Positions 21,201 to 30,712 of a stretch of DNA of 64,000 nt are shown one piece after another (position 1 is the stretch's first letter; each line of letters opens with the position of its first letter). The DNA is from a virus (taxonomy: Duplodnaviria; Caudoviricetes): positions 12,897 through 76,896 of the IMG/VR virus record IMGVR_UViG_3300044522_000179. One strand, written 5' to 3'. Under the pieces are notes generated by a model that saw only the letters and a program-made list of their open reading frames with translations, did not search any database and was not told where the DNA came from. A program made the position numbers and the translations under genes.

Positions 21201-24200
21201 CTCAGATGTTGCACCAGAAAACTTTGTAATAATGTTCATCATCTTTGGTGCAATGTCTTTATTATCTGTTGCCATTTGCAAAAGAGTTCTAAATACGGCT
21301 GGAGGAATATCTCCACTTGCCATCTTTGCTTGAATTAAAAACTCTTGTCCACTATCAATAAGACCATCTTTTCTTAGATTTTTTGATTGCTGATTTACAG
21401 TATCTATATATGCTAACTGGTTAGGATCATTTTTGTATTTTGCAGTTGTGGCTTTTTTCATTCCAGACATCATTGCTTCTTGAAGTCCACCAGCACTATT
21501 GTATTGAGATACTATGTCTCCTTGCATTTTTGCTTGGGCTGCAGTTAGTTGATCTCTTTTTCCAACTTTGCCTTTTTCTTTATCTCCTAAATACTCTTTC
21601 TCTAGTTCTAACGCCTCATTAATTTTACCCTGCAGCCTTAACTCTTCAATTTTTTTCTGATAATACATATCAAGTGAATCTAGCATTTGTTTATTTTGTT
21701 CCATTGCAATTTTAGCATCTACTGCGTAGGTTGCTCCAAGAACTGCTGCCTCTTTTGCATATTTCTTTGAGGCAAAGTATCCACCAATTGCTCCTACTGC
21801 TGTTCCAATTCCAGCACCTATAATTGCTCCTGCTAGAGTTCCTGCAGGTCCTAGTGCTGTTCCAATTCCAGCACCTGCTGCTGCTCCACCAAGAGCCGAA
21901 GCGCCTATACCTAGTCCTTGTGTTACTTTTTGTCCAGCAAGTTGTTGCAAAACACCAGCATTTTTTACATTATCAGCACTAGTTTTCATATTCGTTGCAT
22001 TTGCATTTACCATATTTATTCTAACATTCAATGGATCGTTAACAAGGTTTTCTCCATTTGGTCCAAGCAAACTTTCTAATTGAGCAATAACCTTTATACC
22101 AATAGACATATCTCCTGCTTGTCTAGCAGCATTCATAGCCAAACTTTTTGCCTGTGACATATCCATAGCGCCAGACATAATTGCTGCAGAAAGTTGGCCA
22201 CCTAAATCTTTCACTGCAACATTTCCCTTACCTTCAGCGTTCTGTTTTGAAATTCTTGCAGTCAAAGCCTTTCCTTCTGCTGTTTGAGCATATGCTTCTC
22301 CATATGTAGTCTTACCAGTTGCTGGGCCAAGCATTGCAAAAGAATTTTTTCTTCTTAGGTCCATTTGTTCTGAGGCTGTTGTCTTACCACCAAATTTTGC
22401 TATAGTCTGTAATGCAGATGTAGATCCTTTAAACTTTTCACCCTCTTCTAAAACCTGATCTGCTGCTTTATCAAATGACATTCTCAAGGCAGCAAATGAT
22501 CCAACTGTTGCAAGAAGTCCTACTGCTAAGGCTGAAGCAGGACTTTTTAACATTGGAATTATCATAGACAATCCCATAAGTGGCATCATTAATTTTTGTG
22601 AGATTTCTCCAACTTTACCTGGTACCATAGAACCAATCATTGCTGCACCTGCTGCCATTCCGACACCGCCAGCAATTCCCATACCACCCTTACCTGCTAC
22701 TTTTGCATTTTGTCTATTATTTTTAAGTCTTTGCAATTTAGTGGTTTCAAATTTACCATTTGCCATTGAAGGTCCCATTGGCGTTCCAGAAACTGAAGGT
22801 GCTGGTGTAAACTGTGCTGCTGCTCTTTCACTAATAATTCTTTTTTGATATGCTACAGAGTTTGCTAATTTAGTTCTTCTTTCCATTTGTCTACGCATAG
22901 ACTTGGCATCTGCATCCATTGGACCCATGCCGTATAGTTTAGTTCTTGATGCTGCCATCTTTGCTTGTGTTTTTGCTTCTGCCCTTTGGCGCTTTTCCAT
23001 TTGTCTACGTAAAGATTTAGCATCTGCATCTATTGATCCCGTTCCATACAAAGCAGTCCTTGATGATGCTGCTGCGGATTGAGATATTGTTTTTCCAATA
23101 GTGGCACCAGCAGCCTTGGCTTTTGCAACAGATCCTTTTACTCCCGCAAGAATTGCGTTTACAGTTGCATTCTTTGATCCTGGGGCATTTGCTTTTCCAA
23201 CAATTCTTCCCTTGGGGCCTTGACGAACCGATGAAGCAACACTCGCTGGAGCAAGTCTTGTATCCTTTATGCTGCCAGAGTCTGATTTTAACTTTCCGTT
23301 ATTTGGCTTTGTTGGTATTGGCTTTAGGTTACCCTTTTTGTCTTCAAGTACTTCATCTGGCTTTACCAAAATTGAACGATGGAAGTTATAAACCTTTTTC
23401 CAGTCTGCGTTTAAGCCAGCCTGAAGTCTCTTATACATATCTTCATAAACTTTTTTGGCTGGATCTCCAGTCTTAAGTTTAAAGCCATCTATAGTTTTTC
23501 TTAATTTTGGAAGAGTTCTATTGATTTCTTCTTTTATTTTTCTTTCATATTCATCTGCAGACTGAATATTTTGTGGAATATCAGCAGTGGCATTTCCAAA
23601 CCAGAAAGGAGAGCCATTAGCATTTGGTCCTGTAACACCCTTAAAGTTATGCATAGCAATTGCTTCCATTGATGGAAGACCACTTGAATAGGCTCTTTTA
23701 CCAGAGGCTGTATCAAATACACCTGCAGCGCCAACATCGGCTACAACATTTCCTCCAAGGTTGCCCTTCTTAAGGTCTTTGTCTCCACGAAGGGCTGCTG
23801 CTACTGTTTGCTTAATATATTCTTTTTCAGTAAAAGTTTTTGGCATTGTGTTTGGATCAAATCTTGAGTCATACGGAGATTCCAAAACAATAATTTTTCT
23901 TTTTTTCTTAACATCTGGTTCATCAATATCTGTAGGATCAATCATTGTTTTGATTGTTTGTCTTGGTGCTAGTAAGCCTTGTGCTCTAGCAATCTCAGTT
24001 CCTCTTTTTTCTGCTATAGCGTCTAACTCACTCAGCATTGGTTTTACAAATACTTTTGACCCATCTGGCTTTGTAAATATTCCGCCGATGGTTGACATAA
24101 AATTACTTCTACCAGAACTCTGTGTTTCTTGAACACCAAAGTTTGTAGGCTTCTTTGCTCCAAAGGCAGTTTGAGATGCCTCTATTGCAACTGCTCTTAG

Positions 24201-27200
24201 TTTTTCTTTGTGCTCCATTGCTTTTTCAAGATCAAGCAATTGTGGGGCTGATAGCGGTGCTGCAACCTTTGTTTTCTTTGCTGCCTTTGTGCCTTGAGAA
24301 ATTACAGGGGTTGTTCCTGCTCCAAGTCTGTTCATATTAACTACTGTTCCTTCTGGAACTTGAACTCCATGGTATGTGCCTGCTGGAAGAGTTATAGTTG
24401 ATGATCCAGTTACTACTCTTTTTTTACTATTAACTCTTTCATCAATGCTGTAGTCTAAGATTAAACCTTGTCTTTTTGCCTCATCAAGAATTTTTCTACT
24501 TTCATCAGGTGTAGTTCCTAATCCCTTACCCATATTAAATCTATAGTCTGTTGCATACAATCCTTGAGATTTTACATAGCCTGGGTCGTTTGGACTTATT
24601 ATTTTTGGAATTTCTTTCTTATATAAATTGTCAACTATTGAATCATTTATAAATGGGCTTTTAGATTCTTGAATTGACTTTAAGAATGCATTATCTAGCG
24701 CTTGTGCCTGTACTGCAGACATTCCAGATGGAGACCATTTGCCTGCTCCACCCTTAATCCATTCATCTATAAACTGTTGCTTAGGTACTCCACCAGTTAG
24801 GCTAGGCATTGCTTTATTCATCCACTCAGGGAAGTTGAACATAAGACTGTGCTTTGTTGTTGTTACTGGTGGCAAACCTTGTGATATTAGAACCTGTTCC
24901 ATAGTTATAAGTTTTAACTTTTGATCGGGAGACATATTAGGATTGCTCTTAATAATGTCTGATATTAGTCTTGGCTCGCTGCGTCCGCCTACGTGTGTTT
25001 CATTAATTGCAACTGATTTAGCATCTGTTGTTGCTGCTACTTCAGGAGCAAATGCTAATCCTTGAACTCTTCCGCCTGCAACCATGTGTGCAATGGCTGG
25101 TCTATTTGCTGGATCCTGTGCTGATTGTTGAGGGATTACTGCTTCGCCAGGAGTTAGGTCTGCGTTTACGCTATCTTTATTTCCAGTTCCTGGAACGCTT
25201 GTTGTTCCTTTACCATATTTTTTAGGTGTAGGCAAGCGCTTTCCAGCACTGGGACCCGTAAATCCTATTTGTGCTGCAATGGCTCTTCTGTATGCATTTG
25301 CCAACATGTTAACTGCTGCTGTTTCAGAAGTAAAAGTTTGTCTTAATCTTTGATGAACCTGATCAAGTGATGCTGCAACTGCTGATGCTTCTAACTGTTC
25401 TTTAGTTAAATAGTTTGTCTGCTCGCCTAATATTTGACTTGATTGGCCTGTTCTGTTGTACATAGATTTTAATCCTGCAAACATTTTAATTATGTTAGCA
25501 ACAGCGTTTGCAATCAAACCAAATCCCATTAAAAGAACTGGTCCAACACCAGCAAGGGCAACTGTAAGAATAGTTAAGAATTTTTTAGTACCGTCTCCTA
25601 AGTTATTAAACTTGTCAAGAATTTTTCCAACAAACTCAACAATAGGGGTTAATGCTTTTAAGAATTGTTCTCCTACTGGAGCAATAGCCAATTTTAAATC
25701 TTCCATTGATTTTTTAAATTTGTATGTTGTTGTATTCTGAATTTTATCTAATTCTCGTTGTGACAAGATTGCAAGTTCTTCTGTAGTTGCTTTTGTTAAT
25801 GATAAGACTCTCTGTGCTTGTGTACCCTGGGTTGTTACGTTTTGGAACAGTGTGGAAAGTCTTGAAAACTGGAACTTACCAAATAGTTGTTCAATAGCAC
25901 GAGCACGGTTAAGTGGGTCAAGAGTATCAAGTGCTTGTGCAAAACCAACAACAGTTGCTTTAATGTCTCCTTGGTTGGCTTCAACAATTCCTTTAATATT
26001 TACGCCAAGTTCTCCAAGAAACTTGCTTGCCTTTGTTGATGGATTAATTAAAGATGCAAGACCAGACTTAAGTGCGTTGGCGCCTTCGGATGCATTGATT
26101 CCACCTTCTTTCATTGCTGTAAGGAAAAATGCTAAGTCTTCAACGTTTCCACCAAGTTGCTTAACAACTGGTCCAGCCTTTGGAATTGCTATTGTTAAAT
26201 CTTCAATAGATACTACAGTCTGGTTTTCAACTGCGTTAAGGAAATCAATTTTGTTTGCAAGATCTTCTGCTGCAACGCCAAAAGCGTTAGTTACAGAAAT
26301 TGTTGTCTCTAATGCCTGCGTTTGTTCTACTCCGCCAAGAACTGCAAGCCTTGTTGCCTGTACAACTTGTGCAACTAATTCTGCACCCATCTTGCCCATT
26401 GCTGCAGCATCTGCAGCCATTTTCATTGTGTCTTCTATTGCAACGCCATACTTAGTATATTCTGTTGCAAGTTTTTGAATTTGCTTAACCATTGCATCAG
26501 TTTCTGCTTGTGTTGTAAACATTTCTCCATACACACGCTTAAACCTAATTGCCTGCTCTTCAAGTTTCATAAATGTTTTTGAAGCAACTGTACCAAGCAT
26601 TGCAAGTGGAACAGTAAAACCAACCATTAACTGACGTCCTGCCCACTGAGTATTCTTACCAAAGTTTAGGAGATTGGTTGATCCTTGTCTTAATAATTGA
26701 TTAAGTAGTTGTTGTCTCTGTGCAGCGATGGCTGTTTGTGTACCCAGATTTTTCATATCAAGCGTTAGAGGTCTTACCGCAATTGCTTGTAGTGCTCCAT
26801 TGGCACCTCTGCCCATCTTTACATACTGGGTCTGTATATCTTTTACACGCTCTCGTGCAACTTTATTTAATGTTTCAAATTCAGATCTAAAGAATCTTCC
26901 AAAAGTTTTTGTTGCTGCTCCAGTATATCTAAAATATTCTCTAGATGTTAACTTGTTTCTTTCTAAAGCATTAGTAAAAGACTCTGTACTTGATGTTACT
27001 GTTCGCATAGATGCTTGGAATTTTCCAGTAGCATTTATGCTGTTCATCAAGTTCTGTGCTTGATTTGCTGCTACCGCTGAGGCTGCGGTACCAGACTTTG
27101 CCATTTGTGTATGGAAGGCTGATATTTGACGTTGTAGAAGTTTTAGACTTGCTAAAGCATCAGACGTATCAATATTTACATGAATATTGGATTCTACATC

Positions 27201-27206
27201 AGCCAT
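18255..27206 (-). CDS. tape measure protein with internal kinase-like domain
   Basis: 2983 aa, Ala/Gln-rich helical; TP901-type core (AGPVVKQLGG...GINASEGANALKS); follows tail chaperones. Confidence 0.92.
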   Translation of the reverse strand: MADVESNIHVNIDTSDALASLKLLQRQISAFHTQMAKSGTAASAVAANQAQNLMNSINATGKFQASMRTVTSSTESFTNALERNKLTSREYFRYTGAATKTFGRFFRSEFETLNKVARERVKDIQTQYVKMGRGANGALQAIAVRPLTLDMKNLGTQTAIAAQRQQLLNQLLRQGSTNLLNFGKNTQWAGRQLMVGFTVPLAMLGTVASKTFMKLEEQAIRFKRVYGEMFTTQAETDAMVKQIQKLATEYTKYGVAIEDTMKMAADAAAMGKMGAELVAQVVQATRLAVLGGVEQTQALETTISVTNAFGVAAEDLANKIDFLNAVENQTVVSIEDLTIAIPKAGPVVKQLGGNVEDLAFFLTAMKEGGINASEGANALKSGLASLINPSTKASKFLGELGVNIKGIVEANQGDIKATVVGFAQALDTLDPLNRARAIEQLFGKFQFSRLSTLFQNVTTQGTQAQRVLSLTKATTEELAILSQRELDKIQNTTTYKFKKSMEDLKLAIAPVGEQFLKALTPIVEFVGKILDKFNNLGDGTKKFLTILTVALAGVGPVLLMGFGLIANAVANIIKMFAGLKSMYNRTGQSSQILGEQTNYLTKEQLEASAVAASLDQVHQRLRQTFTSETAAVNMLANAYRRAIAAQIGFTGPSAGKRLPTPKKYGKGTTSVPGTGNKDSVNADLTPGEAVIPQQSAQDPANRPAIAHMVAGGRVQGLAFAPEVAATTDAKSVAINETHVGGRSEPRLISDIIKSNPNMSPDQKLKLITMEQVLISQGLPPVTTTKHSLMFNFPEWMNKAMPSLTGGVPKQQFIDEWIKGGAGKWSPSGMSAVQAQALDNAFLKSIQESKSPFINDSIVDNLYKKEIPKIISPNDPGYVKSQGLYATDYRFNMGKGLGTTPDESRKILDEAKRQGLILDYSIDERVNSKKRVVTGSSTITLPAGTYHGVQVPEGTVVNMNRLGAGTTPVISQGTKAAKKTKVAAPLSAPQLLDLEKAMEHKEKLRAVAIEASQTAFGAKKPTNFGVQETQSSGRSNFMSTIGGIFTKPDGSKVFVKPMLSELDAIAEKRGTEIARAQGLLAPRQTIKTMIDPTDIDEPDVKKKRKIIVLESPYDSRFDPNTMPKTFTEKEYIKQTVAAALRGDKDLKKGNLGGNVVADVGAAGVFDTASGKRAYSSGLPSMEAIAMHNFKGVTGPNANGSPFWFGNATADIPQNIQSADEYERKIKEEINRTLPKLRKTIDGFKLKTGDPAKKVYEDMYKRLQAGLNADWKKVYNFHRSILVKPDEVLEDKKGNLKPIPTKPNNGKLKSDSGSIKDTRLAPASVASSVRQGPKGRIVGKANAPGSKNATVNAILAGVKGSVAKAKAAGATIGKTISQSAAASSRTALYGTGSIDADAKSLRRQMEKRQRAEAKTQAKMAASRTKLYGMGPMDADAKSMRRQMERRTKLANSVAYQKRIISERAAAQFTPAPSVSGTPMGPSMANGKFETTKLQRLKNNRQNAKVAGKGGMGIAGGVGMAAGAAMIGSMVPGKVGEISQKLMMPLMGLSMIIPMLKSPASALAVGLLATVGSFAALRMSFDKAADQVLEEGEKFKGSTSALQTIAKFGGKTTASEQMDLRRKNSFAMLGPATGKTTYGEAYAQTAEGKALTARISKQNAEGKGNVAVKDLGGQLSAAIMSGAMDMSQAKSLAMNAARQAGDMSIGIKVIAQLESLLGPNGENLVNDPLNVRINMVNANATNMKTSADNVKNAGVLQQLAGQKVTQGLGIGASALGGAAAGAGIGTALGPAGTLAGAIIGAGIGTAVGAIGGYFASKKYAKEAAVLGATYAVDAKIAMEQNKQMLDSLDMYYQKKIEELRLQGKINEALELEKEYLGDKEKGKVGKRDQLTAAQAKMQGDIVSQYNSAGGLQEAMMSGMKKATTAKYKNDPNQLAYIDTVNQQSKNLRKDGLIDSGQEFLIQAKMASGDIPPAVFRTLLQMATDNKDIAPKMMNIITKFSGATSESIGVAAQNILNAKGDINKTVQTKFITKVEAFEKDSDALDFTKNMIKLNNLNTVIPSDFMVSFYVDPKNKTAYEELNRVLDAIETQKPKTIDAVYNIMPQLKGTANFDEAYFKTLTDDQKLVYTTTIASIINIPEPQIEASEDYKAWLKEPAPHGGAGVSGSISYKIQKYREAQGYKAVTDNTSVGTKAPTGTTPNGDGNKVQSSPLDDLVKKLRDVRMNQIKVTEGWGASRKALDKLFGGNKTISVFSGIENDLRGLGTSQDFIELIVGMDPKVYEQKKNSLFKFDNKGNIVALKEDAKNIQEALNSITMGDWKSSMEADLKAIENQSTAFNKLANLGVPVAEAYQLVTDAGIAEAIANGVSNKNLETLINNYKRLTKEKEKYAAISGVKTDIAQFKKNTIQEGRLRSKYGAEDAFAISSDENLKLMESQLEAKEAQVKRLQTIGAPPAVIMAALGELSELVELFNTRLNQLKSTVEFMQGLFDKGFGNAMQAFDVQETALNIQFKIDTKSQNAIIKEAQNTIAAIQYEIDDKEAALKGIEDQEQKINDKYDERIKALDEVEKLNSSISNQQKGQLTLAEALTSGDISAAARAVQDMRAQAAADAVTKQKDAIEKSREYELSRVKTQGGKTRLDLEKEIKDLQDKIFKIEEDKLEPAQEFIRLRQIVLDKDIEGLTVLGLTKDAWEAIKNQVDLALIKSAAFVDSMKLALEIQAKLIAAYQAQPGNTSSNSAAQGPSPIISKPYVPDPEASPEANKEAEDAHKAAADAEAEANAALSEATAAALAAAAAIAELESQSAEIGKVAAGISALAIRKATNTTSLNKAVALAEGNLSPESIAINMSRALLSSKTMTKSLGGTAGALSTARYTGQAMKSMGLSAGGMVPKMFAAGGFAKGTDTVPAMLTPGEFVMSKYAVDSYGVDHMKKMNNGDLNSGAVYNNTYTLTVNAKTNANPNEIAQAVMSTIKQVDDRRIRGVSLNARN
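22876..23064 (-). repeat. internal ~25-aa duplication in TMP
   Basis: SRTALYGTGSIDADAKSLRRQMEKR / SRTKLYGMGPMDADAKSMRRQMERR. Confidence 0.85.
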
Positions 27207-27224
27207 CCATTAACACCTCTTTAT

Positions 27225-27548
27225 TTAGTTATTTGCAAGGTTGCCGAGTAGTGATGCGTCAGAAAGTTTAATTCCTGATGCCTCTTCGACAATCTTGTAT
27301 ACTGTTGGAAGATCTAGATTTTCTTCTAGGGCTTCCTTGTCTTCTGCCAATTCTGGCTTGTATTGTTTCATTGCGATTTGAACACAGTCCATTAACAAAT
27401 CCATAGACTTTTCGTTATCTTCTGCGACCTTTGCAATGTCTTCAAACTTCTTCATAAACGGACGAAGTAGAGAAATCTTAAGTGGTCTTACCTTGATCTT
27501 TGTTCCGTCGATCAGAGTTACTGTCTTTTCTTCAGTGGCGATTGCCAT
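27225..27548 (-). CDS. tail assembly chaperone, short (G-like)
   Basis: Between MTP and TMP; strong AAGGAGG SD; paralog of the next gene's N-half. Confidence 0.75.
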   Translation of the reverse strand: MAIATEEKTVTLIDGTKIKVRPLKISLLRPFMKKFEDIAKVAEDNEKSMDLLMDCVQIAMKQYKPELAEDKEALEENLDLPTVYKIVEEASGIKLSDASLLGNLANN

Positions 27549-27604
27549 TTATTCCTCCTTATAAGGTTTAGTAAAGTATACCACAAATCAGGCTTATTTT
27601 CCGC

Positions 27605-28285
27605 CTATTCGTAAACCTCATAATCAAGGCCCATGCCAATACCAAACCCTGCTCTTTCAGCATTTACTCCTTGTAGGGCCAGAATATCATTTCCATTTCC
27701 TGTTGCACCCTTGCTAAACACTCTAGCCTTCATATCTTCCCATTCATTACCGCTACCAGAATTTTTGTCTAAATCTACTCCCTGCATAGCAGCAGCAAAC
27801 TTTTTATCACTGTAGTCTAATTCTCTTTTTATCTTTAGTGTGGCTGTTAGTTCTTGCATAGACATTGATGACTCTAATTGATCATAGTCTTTCCATATAC
27901 CGATTAAAAAAACCTCTGACTCTAGTTTTGCTAAGTCTAAGGTTTCCCATGTTGATCCACTGTCAACTGCCTGATTTTTAACAGTGTCTTCTGACTTCTC
28001 GTTAATTTTGATTCCTGCTGCAACATCAATAACATCATAGATAGTTGGTAAGTCTAGGCTATCTTCTAAGTCTTCAATAGTTTTAATTGATGGGCAATAT
28101 TGTTGCATTGCAATAAGAGCGCATTGAGCCAAAATAGATATTGATTCATCATCACTTTTTGCTTCTTTAATTTTTTCAAATGTTTCTAAAAATTCTCTTA
28201 GGTATTTTATTTTTAATGGGGCAGCAACAATAACTCTATCATCTACTAGTGATATTTTCTTTGTATCATATATTTTTGTTGCCAT
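27605..28285 (-). CDS. tail assembly chaperone, long (GT-like)
   Basis: N-half aligns with 27225..27548; C-half W..Y..LE..MS..EL; leaderless start MATKIY. Confidence 0.72.
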   Translation of the reverse strand: MATKIYDTKKISLVDDRVIVAAPLKIKYLREFLETFEKIKEAKSDDESISILAQCALIAMQQYCPSIKTIEDLEDSLDLPTIYDVIDVAAGIKINEKSEDTVKNQAVDSGSTWETLDLAKLESEVFLIGIWKDYDQLESSMSMQELTATLKIKRELDYSDKKFAAAMQGVDLDKNSGSGNEWEDMKARVFSKGATGNGNDILALQGVNAERAGFGIGMGLDYEVYE

Positions 28286-28304
28286 TATATAAGTATACCA
28301 AACA

Positions 28305-28336
28305 GAAAGGCCCAACCCCGAAGGATTGAGCCTCTC
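28305..28336 (-). terminator. intrinsic terminator after major tail protein
   Basis: GAGAGGCTCAATCC-TTCG-GGGTTGGGCCTTTC 14-bp stem with UUCG loop, then TGTTT. Confidence 0.8.
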
Positions 28337-28349
28337 ATATTAAGTTGTA

Positions 28350-29006
28350 TTATGCTGATAGTGTGCGGTCTACGATCTTACCGTAAGACGCATTATCGTT
28401 TGGAAGAAGACGGAATGAAACTTCAAACATTGAAGCCTCGTCGCGCTTTGCAGATACTGTTACGTTCTCAATTGAGAGTGCACGGTATGCTACATAAATT
28501 CTTTCCTTTGGATCTAGAGAAGAACCAGAACCTGGTCCTACTGCTACTAGACCACGCTCTAGTGGAACGTCGCCAATATCTCCAGCAGAAATCTTCATTG
28601 TTTGAAGTCCTGATGCTGTTGATAGATCTCCTGTATCTCCTGCAATTGCTACTAGAAGATTCTCTAGTGTTGCTTCTGCGAAAGATGTATTTAGATTAAC
28701 TGTCATACCTTGCTTGAATAAACGAGCAACGTCGAGAAGTTGATCTACTGCTACATCACCAAAGTCTGGTTGGAATGCGAGTTCTAAACCATTTGATGTG
28801 TATCCTATGTTTGTGTAATCTTCGTCAAGTGACAAAGTTTCCTTATAGGATGTTGCGGATGCTGTAAGTGCTGGAAGATCTAACGCTGCTTGAGTGTCAG
28901 TGATTGCTCCTGTTGCGTCTACGTATCCGATTGGGCCTGCATCATGCGTAAATAGTGCTGCTGCACCTACGATAATGTTACTACTTGAACCACGGCTGTA
29001 TGCCAT
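28350..29006 (-). CDS. major tail protein
   Basis: NIIVGAA...IGYTSNGLE...VDQ...AEATLENL; position. Confidence 0.85.
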   Translation of the reverse strand: MAYSRGSSSNIIVGAAALFTHDAGPIGYVDATGAITDTQAALDLPALTASATSYKETLSLDEDYTNIGYTSNGLELAFQPDFGDVAVDQLLDVARLFKQGMTVNLNTSFAEATLENLLVAIAGDTGDLSTASGLQTMKISAGDIGDVPLERGLVAVGPGSGSSLDPKERIYVAYRALSIENVTVSAKRDEASMFEVSFRLLPNDNASYGKIVDRTLSA

Positions 29007-29073
29007 ATATTTCACCTCTTTCATTTTTATTAAAAGGGGGTTGTTTCCTCACCTTAATTATACAACCTTTTTA

Positions 29074-29592
29074 TTATGCTGGTAGTTCTAATGGGTGCCA
29101 GTCGTAGTCGATAATTATCTTATTCCCCGCATAAGTACGGGCTGTTCCAAAGTCAACTATGTCTCTAGTTTCTTCGAGTTGGTATATCTTAAAATTGTGA
29201 AAGAACATAGGCTTAGAATCTATGGTCTCATAATCTAGGTTTGCTTGTGCCCATTCATTAAGGTCTTTTGCTGAGTCGTCACCGTTATCAAGTAAGTCGC
29301 TTACCTGTTGCTGTGTTATAACCATATTCCTTTGTGCGTCATTTCCTACTGAGTAAAAATAATATAGAAGTTGCTCACATTTAATGTATGGGAATGGAGT
29401 CCTTCTCATTTTAAACATTCTGTCGTATACTCCAAATACCCCGTTACTCTGTGGAAAGGTTTCAGTTAGTGCATCAATTTCTGTTGGAAGTGTTGGGAAA
29501 AAATATGTTGTTCCTTGAGAGTTAAATCCAGGATCTATTTTTGCTGCTAAGTATGCGTTAATAATTGTAGGTGGGTGATGAATAAGAGCCAT
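29074..29592 (-). CDS. putative tail terminator
   Basis: Directly upstream of MTP. Confidence 0.5.
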   Translation of the reverse strand: MALIHHPPTIINAYLAAKIDPGFNSQGTTYFFPTLPTEIDALTETFPQSNGVFGVYDRMFKMRRTPFPYIKCEQLLYYFYSVGNDAQRNMVITQQQVSDLLDNGDDSAKDLNEWAQANLDYETIDSKPMFFHNFKIYQLEETRDIVDFGTARTYAGNKIIIDYDWHPLELPA

Positions 29593-30266
29593 TATGCACC
29601 CATCCCTGCGTTAGCAATCCAGCGATATCCAGTTGAAAGACCTTTAGCCTTACCAATTCTTTTGCCTGCTGGCATATCTTTTTTATATACCTGTGGATTT
29701 TCAAGATATCTTGCAACGCCACTTGTTCTTAAAAACGCTTGTGAGAAATATTTATTAAAAAACATGTCAAAGACTTTTTCAAAACCGCCTTCTACTTCTG
29801 TTCCTCCAGGGTTTAAAATTTCTACAGGCCCTCTTGTAAACACCGTTTCTCCGTTATCATCAAACGCTAATATCTGTGCAACTCTTGGTCTAATTGTAAC
29901 TGGAATTCCTTCTTCCATGATTCTTGCTTTATCATAAAATGGTGTGCGTGATCCATCTTTAATAGATTTAGACTGACTAAAAGATGATCTAAAAGATAGT
30001 CCTAGATTGCTTGTTGTGTATGAAATATCGTATAGCCTTGCTTCTGGGCTTCCAGTCATAGTCCATTCATAAACATGATGAAGCATCTGTGGGTTAACCC
30101 TTGCATTAGAATCTATAAACTCTTTCATTATTTCTACTGTTTCCATTCCTAGAGTTTTTAGGAATACAGTCTTTCCTCTTTGAATGCCCTCTAAAAATCC
30201 TACAGAATAATTAACAATATTGTTCATATCTTTTTTAAATTGTTTTGAATTAAATGTTGTTATCAT
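29592..30266 (-). CDS. putative neck/tail completion protein
   Basis: KARIMEEG; synteny. Confidence 0.5.
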   Translation of the reverse strand: MITTFNSKQFKKDMNNIVNYSVGFLEGIQRGKTVFLKTLGMETVEIMKEFIDSNARVNPQMLHHVYEWTMTGSPEARLYDISYTTSNLGLSFRSSFSQSKSIKDGSRTPFYDKARIMEEGIPVTIRPRVAQILAFDDNGETVFTRGPVEILNPGGTEVEGGFEKVFDMFFNKYFSQAFLRTSGVARYLENPQVYKKDMPAGKRIGKAKGLSTGYRWIANAGMGA

Positions 30267-30712
30267 ACATCACCTGATTGATTTTCTGATCTTCTAATTA
30301 CAATTTTGTAAGATTCAACTACACCAAATGGACCAGTAAAAGGTTCATAAGTTGCTACCTCAAACAAAGTACCTTTACCAGATCTTGGACCCGAAGTCTC
30401 CATATAAACAAGGTTTCCTTCTTGGTCTTTGATGTCAGATATTAAGATATTTGTTAGGGCATTTTTGCTATCTAGCAAAGAAATTCTGATGTCAGACTTT
30501 ATTCTTCCAACTAAGATTGAGTTCTGTGTAATATTTACGTTCGGTTTTACCTCTTCTTTAAATGCTGATCCACCTGAAGAAAAACTACAAGCAAAAACTC
30601 TATCAAGAACCCACTGCTTTTTAATTACTCCAAAGTCACCCTGATCAACTATTGGATGATATAAAGATGCCTGCATTGGGAACATAAAGTCTGGTGTTTC
30701 GCAAACTGTCAT
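30263..30712 (-). CDS. putative head-tail stopper
   Basis: Synteny, size. Confidence 0.5.
   Translation of the reverse strand: MTVCETPDFMFPMQASLYHPIVDQGDFGVIKKQWVLDRVFACSFSSGGSAFKEEVKPNVNITQNSILVGRIKSDIRISLLDSKNALTNILISDIKDQEGNLVYMETSGPRSGKGTLFEVATYEPFTGPFGVVESYKIVIRRSENQSGDV

Noticed and set aside
27549-27604. Programmed frameshift between tail chaperones
   Set aside because: The genes are separated by a spacer with its own promoter and SD, are in long-then-short order, and are paralogous.
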